This document shows positions 20,724-34,062 of a DNA stretch of 64,000 bases, piece by piece (positions within the stretch are counted from its first letter, which is position 1; each line of letters opens with the position of its first letter). The position numbers and the translations under genes were made by a program. Origin of the DNA: Candidatus Levyibacteriota bacterium (GTDB lineage: Bacteria; Patescibacteriota; Microgenomatia; Levybacterales; UBA12049); the NCBI GenBank assembly GCA_027459745.1, contig DAIDHL010000003.1:65125-129124 (forward strand). Reading direction: 5' to 3'. The notes beneath the pieces are model-generated. The model did no database searches, was not told the origin of the DNA, and saw only the letters and a program-made list of their open reading frames with translations.

Positions 20724-20733
20724 GAACTCTTAG

Positions 20734-22698
<1,965 letters not shown>

Positions 22699-22709
22699 TG
22701 TGATATATA

Positions 22710-22741
22710 CAGTAATTTTAATTTTAAATTAAAAATTACTG
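22710..22741 (+). terminator. Hairpin after gyrB (perfect 10-bp stem CAGTAATTTT/AAAATTACTG), immediately followed by a TATAAT box for ppa
   Basis: Inverted repeat read directly from the sequence. There is no T-tract, so terminator function is uncertain. TATAAT lies at 22745-22750, 17 nt before the ppa ATG. Confidence 0.35.
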
Positions 22742-22767
22742 TGCTATAATCAAAAAAATAGACAACT

Positions 22768-23310
22768 ATGCCAGATTTTAATAAATTACTCAAGCCAGGC
22801 AATATTGGAGAAGGATGGATCAACGCCATTGTTGATATCCCTGAAGGATCATCTCTGAAAATAGAATATGATCGTGAGCATGGCATCTTTAAACTGGATA
22901 GAGTAGAGCCGAACGTTTTTCCCAAACCAGTAAATTATGGTTTTATCCCCTCCACCAAAGATACTGATGGTGATGAGTTGGATGTACTTATCGTTTGTCA
23001 TGAACCAATCCCAACCGGAGTTTTAGTAAAAAGTAAGATTATTGGTATTTTTAATTTTGAAGATGATGGCGAAATGGATTATAAAATTGTTTGTGTACCT
23101 GATGATGATCGAAATACAGGTGACCAAATAAAAACACTCGATGATTTAGGCGAAAGATGGAAGCAAAAAATTGAATTTCATTTTGCCCATTATAAAGACT
23201 TGAAAAAACCGGGAACAACCAAGGTATTAGGATGGGGGGATGTTGAAGAAGCAAAAAAAATCATCCACGAGTGTATTGAACGCTTCGAAAAAGAAGGCTT
23301 CTCCAAATAA
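22768..23310 (+). CDS. ppa: Inorganic pyrophosphatase (family I)
   Basis: NAIVDIPEGSSLKIEYD, GFIPSTKDTDGDELDVLI and other family I PPase signature residues. Confidence 0.93.
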   Translation: MPDFNKLLKPGNIGEGWINAIVDIPEGSSLKIEYDREHGIFKLDRVEPNVFPKPVNYGFIPSTKDTDGDELDVLIVCHEPIPTGVLVKSKIIGIFNFEDDGEMDYKIVCVPDDDRNTGDQIKTLDDLGERWKQKIEFHFAHYKDLKKPGTTKVLGWGDVEEAKKIIHECIERFEKEGFSK

Positions 23311-23354
23311 AGACGATGCCTAATTCCTTAATACTTTATACTTAATACTGAACT

Positions 23355-25871
23355 ATGGCTGATATAGGAAAACTAAAACCAATTGATATTTCATCTGAAA
23401 TGAAGAAAGCGTATCTTAATTACGCTATGTCTGTTATCGTACAGCGTGCTTTACCGGATGTGCATGATGGGCTTAAACCGGTACATCGCCGCATATTGTA
23501 CGCTATGCATGAAATTGGTTTGACGCATAGCTCTAAATACAAAAAAAGTGCAACTGTAGTGGGAGAAGTTTTAGGTAAATATCATCCACATGGAGATATT
23601 CCGGTTTATGATGCATTGGTACGTTTAGCGCAAAACTTTGCAATGCGTTATACGTTGGTGGATGGACAAGGAAACTTTGGTTCTATCGATGGAGACCCAC
23701 CCGCTGCTATGCGTTATACCGAATGTCGAATGGCAAGTATTGCTTCGGAGTTATTGACTGATATTGATAAAGAAACTGTTGATTTCCTGCCTAATTTCGA
23801 CGCCAGTTTGAATGAACCAATTGTCTTACCTGCAAAGCTTCCCAATCTGTTATTAATGGGTGCGGAAGGTATTGCCGTAGGTATGGCAACCAAGATTCCT
23901 CCACACAATTTAGGAGAGGTAGTAGACGCGATCTTGTACATAATTGGTAAAAGTAAAATTGCAGAAGAGAATGATAAAACCAAGCAAAGTACTTATGAAA
24001 CTTCGGATACTTCCAGGGTAGAGCTTAATTCTGATGTAACAGTTGACGAATTGTTAGACTTTATTAAAGGACCGGATTTCCCAACGGCTGGCAATATCTA
24101 TGATATTAACGAAATTCGTAATGCTTATGTCACAGGACGTGGTAAAGTCATGATACGTGGTAAAGCTGAAATAGAAGAAATTGGTAATGGTAAATCGGCA
24201 ATTATTATCACTGAACTCCCATATCAGGTAAATAAAGCTCAACTGGTCGCCAGGATTGCTGATTTGGCCAAAGAAAAAAAGATTGAAGGAATCTCTGACC
24301 TTCGTGATGAATCAGACCGTCGTGGCCTGAGAATTTATGTAGAGTTAAAACGCGATGCTATCGCCAAAAAGGTTTTAAATAATCTTTTCAAACATACCGC
24401 TTTGCAAACAAGTTTCCCCGTGAATATGGTAGCTTTAGTAAACGGAACCCCACAAACTTTGAATCTTAAAACAATTTTGGAAGAATATCTCAAACACCGC
24501 TACATCGTTATTCGCCGTCGTTCAGAATTTGAGTTGAAACAAGCTAAGGCGCGTGAACATATTTTGGAGGGTTTGAAAATCGCTGTTGATAATATCGACG
24601 CCGTCATAAGAACTATCCGTGAATCGGCAACCCAGGATGATGCCAAGAAGAATTTGATGACTAAATTTAAATTGACAGAGATTCAATCTACAGCAATTTT
24701 GGATATGCAATTACGTCGCTTAGCTGCACTTGAGAGGCAAAAAATCGAAGATGAATTACAATTAGTCAGAGAAACTATTGCTTATTTGGAAGATTTGTTG
24801 GCTCATTCACAAAAGATTCTGCATGTAGTTCAAGACGAATTACAAAATCTACGACAAAAGTTTGCCGACCCACGCCGTACTAAAGTCTATAAAGGCAAAG
24901 TAGGGGAGTTCTCTGAAGAAGATTTGATACCGAATGAAGCAACAGTTATTACTATCACTGACACTGGATATATCAAACGTCAATCGTTAAATAGTTTCCA
25001 AACTCAGCAAAGAGGAGGCAAAGGCATTCGTGGTATGACCACCAAAGAAGAAGACGGCATTGCGCACATAAGATATGCTCAAACACATGATAATATTTTA
25101 TTCTTTACTAACAAAGGTAAAGCTTATCAACTCAAGGCTTATGAGATTTCAGAAAGTAGTCGAGTTAGTAAAGGCACCGCAATTATAAATTTATTAAATA
25201 TTGCCGCTGATGAAAAAGTGGAATCTTTCCTCACTTACGGCAAAACTGATCGTAGTACATATGTTTTCTTGACTACTAAAAAGGGTACGGTCAAAAAATC
25301 TCAAATTGCTGAATTTGAAAACATCCGTAAAGGGGGTATGATCGCTATTAAACTCGATGCAGGTGATGAACTAGCCTGGAGTGATTTGACCGATGGTAAA
25401 AATGACGTCATGCTCGTAACTCGTGAAGGAAAAGCTATCAGATTTTCAGAAAGCTCAGTCAGGCCGATGGGTCGCGCAACTATGGGAGTAAGAGGTATTA
25501 AGATTGCTCCCAATGATCAAGTGGTTGGGATGGATATTATTTCAACAGGAGAAAAACGAGAATTGTTAACTATTATGGAAAATGGCTTGGGCAAACGTAC
25601 TGATGCCGCTTTATTCCGAGGACAAAGTAGGGGAGGCCAGGGTGTAAAAGTTGCTAATGTTACAGACAAGACTGGTAAAGTAGTAGTAGCAGAAATTATT
25701 CCCCCAAACACTGAAGAAATTATTATGACATCCAAAAAAGGACAGATTGTAAAATTGGCGATAAATTCAGTTCCTCGCTTGGGTCGAGATACACAAGGTG
25801 TAATTCTTATGCGCTTTACTGATAAGACAGAAAAAGTAGCATCAGCTACATGTATTGAAAAAGCCGCCTAA
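23355..25871 (+). CDS. gyrA: DNA gyrase subunit A
   Basis: [28 protein letters not shown], active-site Tyr region, and the C-terminal beta-pinwheel repeats. Confidence 0.97.
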   Translation: MADIGKLKPIDISSEMKKAYLNYAMSVIVQRALPDVHDGLKPVHRRILYAMHEIGLTHSSKYKKSATVVGEVLGKYHPHGDIPVYDALVRLAQNFAMRYTLVDGQGNFGSIDGDPPAAMRYTECRMASIASELLTDIDKETVDFLPNFDASLNEPIVLPAKLPNLLLMGAEGIAVGMATKIPPHNLGEVVDAILYIIGKSKIAEENDKTKQSTYETSDTSRVELNSDVTVDELLDFIKGPDFPTAGNIYDINEIRNAYVTGRGKVMIRGKAEIEEIGNGKSAIIITELPYQVNKAQLVARIADLAKEKKIEGISDLRDESDRRGLRIYVELKRDAIAKKVLNNLFKHTALQTSFPVNMVALVNGTPQTLNLKTILEEYLKHRYIVIRRRSEFELKQAKAREHILEGLKIAVDNIDAVIRTIRESATQDDAKKNLMTKFKLTEIQSTAILDMQLRRLAALERQKIEDELQLVRETIAYLEDLLAHSQKILHVVQDELQNLRQKFADPRRTKVYKGKVGEFSEEDLIPNEATVITITDTGYIKRQSLNSFQTQQRGGKGIRGMTTKEEDGIAHIRYAQTHDNILFFTNKGKAYQLKAYEISESSRVSKGTAIINLLNIAADEKVESFLTYGKTDRSTYVFLTTKKGTVKKSQIAEFENIRKGGMIAIKLDAGDELAWSDLTDGKNDVMLVTREGKAIRFSESSVRPMGRATMGVRGIKIAPNDQVVGMDIISTGEKRELLTIMENGLGKRTDAALFRGQSRGGQGVKVANVTDKTGKVVVAEIIPPNTEEIIMTSKKGQIVKLAINSVPRLGRDTQGVILMRFTDKTEKVASATCIEKAA

Positions 25872-26481
25872 ATACTCTAACATTTTAAAAGTGCCAGACT
25901 TAGCTCAATATCACCAGCAATATAAACAGAAAGATGACTTGGAAATCAAAAAAAGAGCATTTGTGAAAACGCAAGAGTTGGCGGAAGTCATTAAACAAAT
26001 CCCACTACAAACACATAACTCTTTTCTGAAAATCGCCGTTTTAGGGTGCGGAGATCGGCGATTCATTCGCTATCATCTAGAAATGTTTGAAAATATCTTT
26101 GATCTACCTGTGGAGATGCTAACATTAGACATTACATTGGATCATTTAGCAGGAGTCAACAATGTTTTTCAACATGATTGCACGCAACAACTTCCATATG
26201 GCCCATTTGATACAATCTATTCACACGTTTTGTTAAGATTTATCCAAACAGATAATCAGTGGGAAGTTTTAGAAAACTCTTACGCGGCCCTTAAACCAGG
26301 TGGCCTGGCAATTCATGTTCTCGACACCATCGACTATACAATTAAAGATAAACTCTTACCTGACGGATATTTCTCAGTACCTTTGCGGCGATGGGAAGAG
26401 AAGTTAAAAGCAGAAAATATAATATATAAGACAATCCCTCTAGTACATGGTGTGGGTCTGGTCTTAATAAAACCTTACTAA
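25855..26481 (+). CDS. Class I SAM-dependent methyltransferase-like protein
   Basis: Motif [10 protein letters not shown], motif [21 protein letters not shown]. The start overlaps the gyrA stop by 17 nt. Confidence 0.5.
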   Translation: MKKPPKYSNILKVPDLAQYHQQYKQKDDLEIKKRAFVKTQELAEVIKQIPLQTHNSFLKIAVLGCGDRRFIRYHLEMFENIFDLPVEMLTLDITLDHLAGVNNVFQHDCTQQLPYGPFDTIYSHVLLRFIQTDNQWEVLENSYAALKPGGLAIHVLDTIDYTIKDKLLPDGYFSVPLRRWEEKLKAENIIYKTIPLVHGVGLVLIKPY

Positions 26482-26484
26482 TTA

Positions 26485-28308
26485 CTATTTGTATCCTTTT
26501 GCTTGTAGTTCAAACAGTTCAGAATACAAACCTTTTTTCTGCATTAATTCTGCATGAGAACCCTGCTCGATAATCTTACCCTCATCTAAAACTAATATCC
26601 TATCAGCCTGACGTACAGTAGAAAAACGATGAGAAATAATAATAACTGTTTTATCTCGTGAAAGTTTTTCGACTCGATCAAAAATTTCCGCCTCTGCTTT
26701 GGCATCTATAGAAGCTGTCGGTTCATCTAAAACCAAAATAGGTGCATTGCGGTAAAAGGCTCTAGCTAAAGCTATTTTTTGCCACTGCCCTGTAGATAAA
26801 TCAATACCTTCTTTGAATGTCTTACCCAACATTTGTTCATATCTTTTTTCCAAGGAGTCAACCACATCAGAAGCTCCGCTTGATTTTACGGCTTCATTTA
26901 GTAAATTGTCATCTGTCGCTGAGTCAATTTTACCAAACTGAATATTTTCTTTAACAGTATACTCATAACGATTAAAGTCCTGAAATAGTACTCCAATATT
27001 TTTATGCCAATCTGTAATGTCTAAATCCTTTAGATTAATATCATTTATTAAAACTTCACCTTCTTCGGGATCATAAAATCTTACTAAGAGTTTTATTAAC
27101 GTAGATTTTCCCGCCCCGTTTTCTCCCACCAGGGCAATTTTTTCGCCTGGTTTTATAGTCAAAGAGAAATTTTGTAGAATTGCACTTTTGCTTCCCTTAT
27201 AACGAAAAGTTATATTTTTAAACTCAATGACTGGTGGTTTGCTTAACTCTAATCGTTGTGCAGTAGGAGAGTTGACCAGACGCGGTTGAAGATCAAATAA
27301 GTCAAAAATACTGGATACATACAAACTATTATCGTAGACTTGATTGATACTGCGAAAAAAGCCACCCAGTCCATTCTGAAAATTGTTAATAACAGTAGTA
27401 TAGAATCCTATATCACCAACTGTAATACGTTTTAAAAGAGTTTGTGAGATGACGTATATTTCAATCCCTACAAAGACAAATGTAGAAAGGATATTTACTC
27501 CTGTATCCAGAATTAAATATTTATTGGCGACCTGCTTGTTCTCCTTATAAAATTGCTTTTGTAAGTTTACCAGTGAATTTACAAACCATGAACCCAAACC
27601 AAAAATTTTAATCTCTTTGACTTGCATATCGTCCTGGAGCATGTTAGAAATGTTAAAAAACCGTTTACGCATTGTGCTACTCCAACCCCAGATATTCCAA
27701 GTTATCTTGGATTCTCTTACTTGTAGGAAAAAATCAGGAATAGTAACCAGCAGTATGGGAAAAATCAGCCACCAATTTAATTCTAAGACTGCAACTATAG
27801 CAATTATAACTTGTATGAAACTTTGTATTGAATAAAACATATTATTGAATAAACTTTGAGGACGATAATTGTAAGATTCACGGACTTTACTCAGTAAGTC
27901 TTTAAATTGGATGTCTTCAAAATACTGTACATCTAAGGAAGCGAGTTTAGTAAAGAGTAGATTATTGAATACGATAGGAAATTTAGTCCAAAGTAAATTA
28001 TCAACATATGTTTGAAAAATGAAACTAAGTTGCTGAATAAAATAAGTCAAAAAACGTAGTGCGAAAAGGAAAAATAAAGCGTTTAAGTTGACCGAACTGA
28101 TTCTAATTGCATTTACAACATAATCAATAATCAATTTATAAATATAAGCATTGATAAAGGGTACTACACCGGGAATAATGACCAAGATAAGAAATAAAAT
28201 AAAAAGCATTTTATCAACCTGCCAAACCAATCCCATCGTACGATATACGATAATTACAGATTTTTTAAAATTGACAGATTGTTTGCGATCATCTTTTTCC
28301 ATGCTCAA
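26485..28308 (-). CDS. ABC transporter, fused permease/ATP-binding exporter (MsbA/ABCB-like)
   Basis: A 6-TM N-terminal domain. Walker A GENGAGKSTLIKLL, signature LSTGQWQKIALARA, Walker B ILVLDEPTASID. Confidence 0.9.
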   Translation of the reverse strand: MSMEKDDRKQSVNFKKSVIIVYRTMGLVWQVDKMLFILFLILVIIPGVVPFINAYIYKLIIDYVVNAIRISSVNLNALFFLFALRFLTYFIQQLSFIFQTYVDNLLWTKFPIVFNNLLFTKLASLDVQYFEDIQFKDLLSKVRESYNYRPQSLFNNMFYSIQSFIQVIIAIVAVLELNWWLIFPILLVTIPDFFLQVRESKITWNIWGWSSTMRKRFFNISNMLQDDMQVKEIKIFGLGSWFVNSLVNLQKQFYKENKQVANKYLILDTGVNILSTFVFVGIEIYVISQTLLKRITVGDIGFYTTVINNFQNGLGGFFRSINQVYDNSLYVSSIFDLFDLQPRLVNSPTAQRLELSKPPVIEFKNITFRYKGSKSAILQNFSLTIKPGEKIALVGENGAGKSTLIKLLVRFYDPEEGEVLINDINLKDLDITDWHKNIGVLFQDFNRYEYTVKENIQFGKIDSATDDNLLNEAVKSSGASDVVDSLEKRYEQMLGKTFKEGIDLSTGQWQKIALARAFYRNAPILVLDEPTASIDAKAEAEIFDRVEKLSRDKTVIIISHRFSTVRQADRILVLDEGKIIEQGSHAELMQKKGLYSELFELQAKGYK

Positions 28309-28337
28309 ATAATAACATACACTTTGCTATTTGTTTA

Positions 28338-28366
28338 TTGGCTTATAGACTTATTCCTTCTATAAT
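28338..28366 (+). promoter_or_regulatory. Sigma70-type promoter of folD (TTGGCT-17 nt-TATAAT); the -10 ends 7 nt before the ATG at 28374, implying a leaderless mRNA
   Basis: Read directly: -35 at 28338-28343, -10 at 28361-28366. No SD sequence. Confidence 0.4.
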
Positions 28367-28373
28367 GTATTTA

Positions 28374-29228
28374 ATGAAAATAGATGGACGACAGATTGCT
28401 GAGGATATGTATACTAATCTGGCGGTTAGGGTAGGGGAGTTACAAAAAAATAAAGGCGTCACACCTCACCTGGCAGTAATATTGGTAGGAGATAATCCCA
28501 GCTCCTTAGCTTATATCAGACAAAAAGAGAAAGGTGCGCAGAAAACAGGAGCGAAGGTGACAATAATTAAATTCCCCCAAACAGCGACTACAGAGGAAAT
28601 ATTAGCCAAGATAAAGTACCTGAATGGAGACAAAGACATACAGGGCATCATAGTACAAAAACCATTGCCGAAACAAATTGATACCGAAAAAATTGATCAG
28701 TCAGTTGCTCCTGAAAAAGACATAGACGGATTTAATCATGAGTCACAATATACCTTGGCTTTACCCCTGGCTGTACTAGAAATACTTAAATACATTTACA
28801 AACAAGAAAAACACGATTTTTCTGAAACAACATTTATCAAGTGGCTAAGATCCCAAACCGTTGTCATAAGTGGTAAAGGTCCCACGGGTGGTGGCCCGAC
28901 TATCGAATACTTCAAAAAATTAGGGATTGAAACAACACTTATCGATAGAAAAACTTCGGATCCCTCAAGTATTTTTAAGGATGCTGATATTATCATTGCA
29001 TCTACAGGTTATAAAAATGTTTTACATGCAAAAGATATCAAACAAGGTGCCATACTAATCGGTGTAGGAGTATATAGAGGAGATGATGGAAAGTTACATG
29101 GTGATTATGATGAAAGTGAAATTGCAAAAATTGCGAGTTATTATACTCCCACCCCAGGAGGCGTAGGACCAGTCAACGTTGCCTGTCTGATAAATAATTT
29201 AATTACCGCCACAGAAATCTGCAACTAA
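28374..29228 (+). CDS. folD: Bifunctional methylenetetrahydrofolate dehydrogenase / methenyl-THF cyclohydrolase
   Basis: PHLAVILVGDNPSSLAYIRQKEKGAQKTG and TPTPGGVGPVNVACL. The ORF track extends to a TTG at 28338, but MKIDGRQIAEDM at 28374 matches FolD N-termini. Confidence 0.9.
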   Translation: MKIDGRQIAEDMYTNLAVRVGELQKNKGVTPHLAVILVGDNPSSLAYIRQKEKGAQKTGAKVTIIKFPQTATTEEILAKIKYLNGDKDIQGIIVQKPLPKQIDTEKIDQSVAPEKDIDGFNHESQYTLALPLAVLEILKYIYKQEKHDFSETTFIKWLRSQTVVISGKGPTGGGPTIEYFKKLGIETTLIDRKTSDPSSIFKDADIIIASTGYKNVLHAKDIKQGAILIGVGVYRGDDGKLHGDYDESEIAKIASYYTPTPGGVGPVNVACLINNLITATEICN

Positions 29229-29239
29229 CACTACGCATA

Positions 29240-31264
29240 TTGACAGTACCTCTACTTTTTGCGATAGTGAGAATAATGAAAGAAGTTATAAGATTTCTAT
29301 CGTTCGTTCTAGTATTTGGTTTTATTTTTATTATTTACACTTCAAAATCCTTTGCTATAACATGTGCACAATCAGGAGGGAAATGTATCAGTTATGCAAA
29401 TAATTGTCAGACTTACGTTGGTCCTGCTTCTGATTGTACATCTGGGCCAGCGTCTAGTGGTAATGTATGTTGTGGAGATTCTAAGTACGTGGGTGCCACA
29501 TGTAGAGCAAGTGGAGGATCATGTTATAGCTATGCACATTCTTCATGCCTGGATGTAAATGCAATTCCATATTCTACTACAAATATACATATGGATTGTG
29601 CTGGTGCTGGAGATGGGGTATTTTCTCCCAACAACGGTGTAAACTTATGCTGTATTCCTTGTCCTGCTGGAACGAAGGCTGTATTCGATCCCGGCTCAGA
29701 TTCAGATATTTGTCAACAAGTTGCATCTATCACAACTCCCACTCCGACTCCAACAACTCCCGTGTCACAAACATGTGCGAATCACGGAGGAAGCTGTTAT
29801 TATCCTTGGTTACAGACGTGTAGCAATCCTTCCTCATCAGCTTATGATTGTTCTAGTTTAGCAACCCAAAATGGAGTAACAGGACAGTGTTGTCTTTCAA
29901 CTCCTGTGTTAAAACCTACAAATACCCCAACACCAACTACAGCTCCTGGTGTACCTACTGATACCGGCACTCAGAATGTCTGTACTAACCCATGTTATAT
30001 TGTCGCCGGTGCGAACAATTCCTGCTATGCCTCAACTTGTTTGTCCAACAACCCAGCTGATTGTGCTTATCCTATGTCTTCAATGTGTGCACAAAATTAT
30101 TCTGCATGTGGAGTAAATCCTGTGGACCCTTCCAATTGTCAGGTAAGCTCTAGTTACACCGTGAGTACAGACCTTCCATCAGGGGATAGTTGCGTAGCTT
30201 CTTTACCAAGTTCAATTACCATCTCCACCACTGGTTTTCCCTCTGGTAAATCACTCTACTTATTCTGGAATCCCGGCAACAATCAATTAGTAGCCATGGG
30301 CCATGGGACAACGCCTTCATTCACAACTCCTTTTGCCTCTGCCATACCTTCAAGCGGTTTAACTCCCGGCACATACGCATTAGACATTTTTGTTGACCCT
30401 ATTCAAAGCCCAAATGGAAATATAGGAGGCACATACGCTCAAATTCCTTACACAATTGACTCGAGTTGTGGGGGGGGTAGTCCTACAACTATTCCTACTA
30501 GCGTCGTTACAACCATACCAACAGGCGTAACCGGAACTGTCCCTACCGATACTCCAACGCTAACTCCTACAGCCACCGTGACTGGCATTCCTGGGACAAC
30601 CCCAACAGATACACCCACTATTACTCCAACTGGAACTTCTCCAACTGGAACAAATAATCCAACCAAAACACCTACTATTACTCCTTCATATGCACCAACT
30701 GATACAATCTTATCCTTGACTATTGGACTTACCGGCATCGGAGCAATAGGTGACCAGGTAAACCCAAATGATTCTTCTCTAAGTAACCAAAATCCAGTTG
30801 ATACAACTAGAACAGTGCATGTTTATGCTATTAACAATGCAGGTCAGACGACATATATGGACGGCACAGTAAATTATGACAGCAGCGGAGATAGCAGTAA
30901 TGGTTACTATACTGGCACAGTAGATATGGGTAATCTTCCTACAGGCAACTACCAAATTATGGCCAAGATGGACGGCTACCTTAGAAAAGCTGTGCCTTCT
31001 TTGGTACAAGTTACAGCACAGTCTACAACTGACGTACCAAAAATAACTCTGGTAGCAGGCGATATAAATAACGATAATGCAATAAGTATCTTGGATTACG
31101 GTCAGTTGATGGCCTGTGTGACTGCTTATTATGTAGACGGAGGACCTGATGCCGGTTGTCCACAGAGCCAATATACCTTATCTGATTTAAATGACGATGG
31201 TGTGGTAGATTTGTCAGATTACAATTTGTGGTTACGTAATTCATCTGTAGAATACGGAGATTAG
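29240..31264 (+). CDS. Secreted multi-domain protein: three Cys-rich repeats (C-x3-GG-x-C...DC...CC), Thr/Pro linkers, a beta-rich domain, and a C-terminal two-repeat dockerin
   Basis: N-terminal signal/TM. Repeats ITCAQSGGKCISY..CCG, ATCRASGGSCYSY..CCIPC, QTCANHGGSCYYPW..CCLS. Dockerin Ca-binding loops DINNDNAISILD and DLNDDGVVDLSD sit about 30 aa apart at the C-terminus. Confidence 0.6.
   Translation: MTVPLLFAIVRIMKEVIRFLSFVLVFGFIFIIYTSKSFAITCAQSGGKCISYANNCQTYVGPASDCTSGPASSGNVCCGDSKYVGATCRASGGSCYSYAHSSCLDVNAIPYSTTNIHMDCAGAGDGVFSPNNGVNLCCIPCPAGTKAVFDPGSDSDICQQVASITTPTPTPTTPVSQTCANHGGSCYYPWLQTCSNPSSSAYDCSSLATQNGVTGQCCLSTPVLKPTNTPTPTTAPGVPTDTGTQNVCTNPCYIVAGANNSCYASTCLSNNPADCAYPMSSMCAQNYSACGVNPVDPSNCQVSSSYTVSTDLPSGDSCVASLPSSITISTTGFPSGKSLYLFWNPGNNQLVAMGHGTTPSFTTPFASAIPSSGLTPGTYALDIFVDPIQSPNGNIGGTYAQIPYTIDSSCGGGSPTTIPTSVVTTIPTGVTGTVPTDTPTLTPTATVTGIPGTTPTDTPTITPTGTSPTGTNNPTKTPTITPSYAPTDTILSLTIGLTGIGAIGDQVNPNDSSLSNQNPVDTTRTVHVYAINNAGQTTYMDGTVNYDSSGDSSNGYYTGTVDMGNLPTGNYQIMAKMDGYLRKAVPSLVQVTAQSTTDVPKITLVAGDINNDNAISILDYGQLMACVTAYYVDGGPDAGCPQSQYTLSDLNDDGVVDLSDYNLWLRNSSVEYGD
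30480..30715 (+). repeat. Low-complexity Thr/Pro-encoding tandem repeats (TPTDTPT-type linkers) inside the 29240 gene
   Basis: Repeated ACnCCnAC codon pattern. Protein TDTPTLTPTATVTGIPGTTPTDTPTITPTGTSPTGT. Confidence 0.6.
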
Positions 31265-31271
31265 ATAACTT

Positions 31272-31892
31272 ATGGGAAATATACTATCGAACATATTTGC
31301 AAAAACTAAATTTAATTTCCTCAAACATAAAACTTATTATGAGGGAGGAATTGTAGTAATATTGGTAATAATAATAGGACTATTATTATTAATTTCTCAG
31401 ACTAATGAGATGAATAATAATCATGTAGTTATGCCTACACCGACTCCTCAGCCGAGACAAACTCTGCTTTATTTTTCACCTCCCAATTTGACCATAAATA
31501 CACAATCTCCATCTTTAGAAAAATTAAATTTGGTTATTCAGACTAACGACAACAGTATTTACGGGGCTGATATTGAATTAAGTTATGATCCCAATATTAT
31601 AAGCAATTTACAAATCAGCTCTGGCAGTTTTATACCTAAAGTAGAGAATCTGCCTACTCCCAAAGCTAAATCTGGAACACTCTCATATATTATGGTGGTT
31701 CCTTTCAAGGCTAAGCCCATAAAAGGTACAGGGATATTAGCACAGGTGAGTTTTGCTATTAATAAATCTGCCCTTCAGAAGGCCAAATCAACACAAATAT
31801 CTTTCTTGCCAGCTACCAGTATCAGTGGACTTAATCAAAAATTTTCTGTCTTAAATTTCGCTCTTTCGGAACATATTACTTACTCGCAGTAA
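31272..31892 (+). CDS. Membrane-anchored cohesin-domain-like protein
   Basis: N-terminal TM IVVILVIIIGLLLLI, then LVIQTNDNSIYGADIELSYDPNIISNLQISSGSFI and GTGILAQVSFAIN, which resemble the cohesin beta-sandwich core (xVxAxxGxDFxLxYDPxVLEV). Sits directly downstream of the dockerin protein. Confidence 0.5.
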   Translation: MGNILSNIFAKTKFNFLKHKTYYEGGIVVILVIIIGLLLLISQTNEMNNNHVVMPTPTPQPRQTLLYFSPPNLTINTQSPSLEKLNLVIQTNDNSIYGADIELSYDPNIISNLQISSGSFIPKVENLPTPKAKSGTLSYIMVVPFKAKPIKGTGILAQVSFAINKSALQKAKSTQISFLPATSISGLNQKFSVLNFALSEHITYSQ

Positions 31893-31947
31893 GAGCACAC
31901 CTACTCATCTTTACTTTTCTTAATATAAGTACTATTATTGACCTTGC

Positions 31948-32712
31948 ATGCTTATGTTTTTATTTATTTTAATAGTTCTTATTATTCTATTTTTCATTAG
32001 TGTACGTGTAGTTAATGAATACGAAAGAGGAGTTATATTCTTCCTGGGACGCTTTACAGGAGTTCGTGGACCTGGATTAATTTTGTTAATTCCCATTTTT
32101 GAACGAATGGTAAAAGTTACTCTTCGTACCATTACCATGGAAATTCCTTCACAAAAGATTATCACCAAAGACAATGTGTCTATCGATATTGCAGCAGTAG
32201 CCTATTATAATGTAGTGGATGCAGGAAAATCGGTCGTAGCTATTGAAGATGTCTATAAGGCAATTAACCAAATCAGTCAAACCACTGTACGCAATGTAAT
32301 TGGTCAATTTGAACTGGATCAATTACTTTCACAAACTGCCAAAATAAATTCTCAAATCAAAGATGTAATTGATAAACATACTGAGCCGTGGGGAGTGCAG
32401 GTTACAGCTGTTGAAATCAAAGATATTACTCTACCCGATAATATGCAAAGAGCTATGGCCAAAGAGGCCGAAGCTGAACGTGAAAGAAGAGCTAAAATTG
32501 TGGCCGCTGAAGGAGAATTTCAAGCTGCCGCCAAACTAGCCGAGGCTTCAGATGTAATCTCGAAACATCCCATTGCTCTACAATTGAGAACTTTGCAGAC
32601 CATGGCAGAAATCAGTACTGAGAAAAATTCTACTATTATTTTCCCAGCACAATTTATGACAACTGTTCAAGATGTCCTCAAAACAGTAGCTAAAGACAGT
32701 ATAAAGGGATAA
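31948..32712 (+). CDS. SPFH / band-7 (stomatin-prohibitin-flotillin-HflK/C) family membrane protein
   Basis: N-terminal TM plus SPFH domain ([35 protein letters not shown]) and a C-terminal coiled coil [26 protein letters not shown]. Confidence 0.85.
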   Translation: MLMFLFILIVLIILFFISVRVVNEYERGVIFFLGRFTGVRGPGLILLIPIFERMVKVTLRTITMEIPSQKIITKDNVSIDIAAVAYYNVVDAGKSVVAIEDVYKAINQISQTTVRNVIGQFELDQLLSQTAKINSQIKDVIDKHTEPWGVQVTAVEIKDITLPDNMQRAMAKEAEAERERRAKIVAAEGEFQAAAKLAEASDVISKHPIALQLRTLQTMAEISTEKNSTIIFPAQFMTTVQDVLKTVAKDSIKG

Positions 32713-32721
32713 TATATATAA

Positions 32722-34026
32722 ATGGAGAACCCGGAGAACTCTGGTGTATCAATTCCCAATATTCCCGAAAATCTATCAAACCGGAATAAGGTGGTTAGGA
32801 TATCAAAACCTTGGAAACGCCTTACAGGAATTGCTGCTGCTGCACTAGTTGCTGCTTCAACAGGATATGGACCAAACCCCATTGTGGAAGCTCAAAGTTC
32901 AAACACTCATACTTTTACCACAGTTATAAATAATTCAGAAGCTCAAGTAAGCTTACCTTTCCAAGTTCTAAAGGAGAAAATGCCTACTTTAATTGATTCC
33001 AAGCGTGCCCCTAGTGATATGTCTGGTATAGAAAATAACATGCCATTGACAGGGGTATTCCAGGAAGGACATACACTTAAATTTATTCAAGAATCCGCAG
33101 TAAATAAGACAATTAACAATTCAGGATACGAGATGCAATTACCTTCCAGTTATATAGCTGAGCAAATTTATCAAGTAAATGATTCTTTAACACTTGTCAG
33201 TGGTAAACAGGGTAAATCCACAAGATCTTTACTTTTTTATAATCAAACCGGCATAGCTAAAATATTAGAGGGTAGGGGAATAGCATTAGGTGGAAAAGTA
33301 TATCTAGAAAAAACAAATGGCTTATATCAGCTAAACCTGGATAATAATAATCTTGGTCCTCGGATCCTAGAGGGAGATATAAAAGTAGTGGGTAGCACAT
33401 TAAACGAGAATTCTAACCAACTTTATGTCATTCATAATAACCATTTATTAAAGTTAACACAAGAACCATCAGGTTCCCTGAAAATTACTACTGTAAATAA
33501 TAATACAAGTAATCTTATTGATGCTTCAGTTAACGGTATTAATGGGAATCTGATTAATACCCTTCAGGAAGGCTCTGATGAACCTTATATAATTAATATC
33601 GGAAATAACAATGTAGATTTTCGCTCACTTGAAGATAAAGCACTTGAATTACTTCCTCAAGCTAACAACGGAGAAACCCCACCTCTTCTCAAATTAAATC
33701 ATGCACCCATTATGCTTGATAATAATGCACTAGGTGTTGGGATCATGGAGAATGATGTATATTTATATGCCTTACCTGCAGAGAATAATTTTAACTATCC
33801 ACAAATGACTCAAGTTAAATGTCCTCTAGTCGAGATGAAGGGTTATCGAATTCAGGATGCTCAAATTATAAATATTAATGGGAGTAATATAGCAACTCTG
33901 ACAGTGTTATATGTAAATAATAAAAATAATATTCGTAAGATTAGCTATGGAGTTTATGTTACACCTTATGGCGGCATGGCTTATGCTCCTTTAGTGCTAG
34001 ATCATGATACAAACAAGCACAGTTGA
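32722..34026 (+). CDS. Hypothetical exported protein (TM-anchored, Asn-rich beta-type)
   Basis: Hydrophobic anchor LTGIAAAALVAASTG. No known motif. Confidence 0.45.
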   Translation: MENPENSGVSIPNIPENLSNRNKVVRISKPWKRLTGIAAAALVAASTGYGPNPIVEAQSSNTHTFTTVINNSEAQVSLPFQVLKEKMPTLIDSKRAPSDMSGIENNMPLTGVFQEGHTLKFIQESAVNKTINNSGYEMQLPSSYIAEQIYQVNDSLTLVSGKQGKSTRSLLFYNQTGIAKILEGRGIALGGKVYLEKTNGLYQLNLDNNNLGPRILEGDIKVVGSTLNENSNQLYVIHNNHLLKLTQEPSGSLKITTVNNNTSNLIDASVNGINGNLINTLQEGSDEPYIINIGNNNVDFRSLEDKALELLPQANNGETPPLLKLNHAPIMLDNNALGVGIMENDVYLYALPAENNFNYPQMTQVKCPLVEMKGYRIQDAQIININGSNIATLTVLYVNNKNNIRKISYGVYVTPYGGMAYAPLVLDHDTNKHS

Positions 34027-34062
34027 CAATTAAGTACAGCATATTTATTATAAATACGTATT

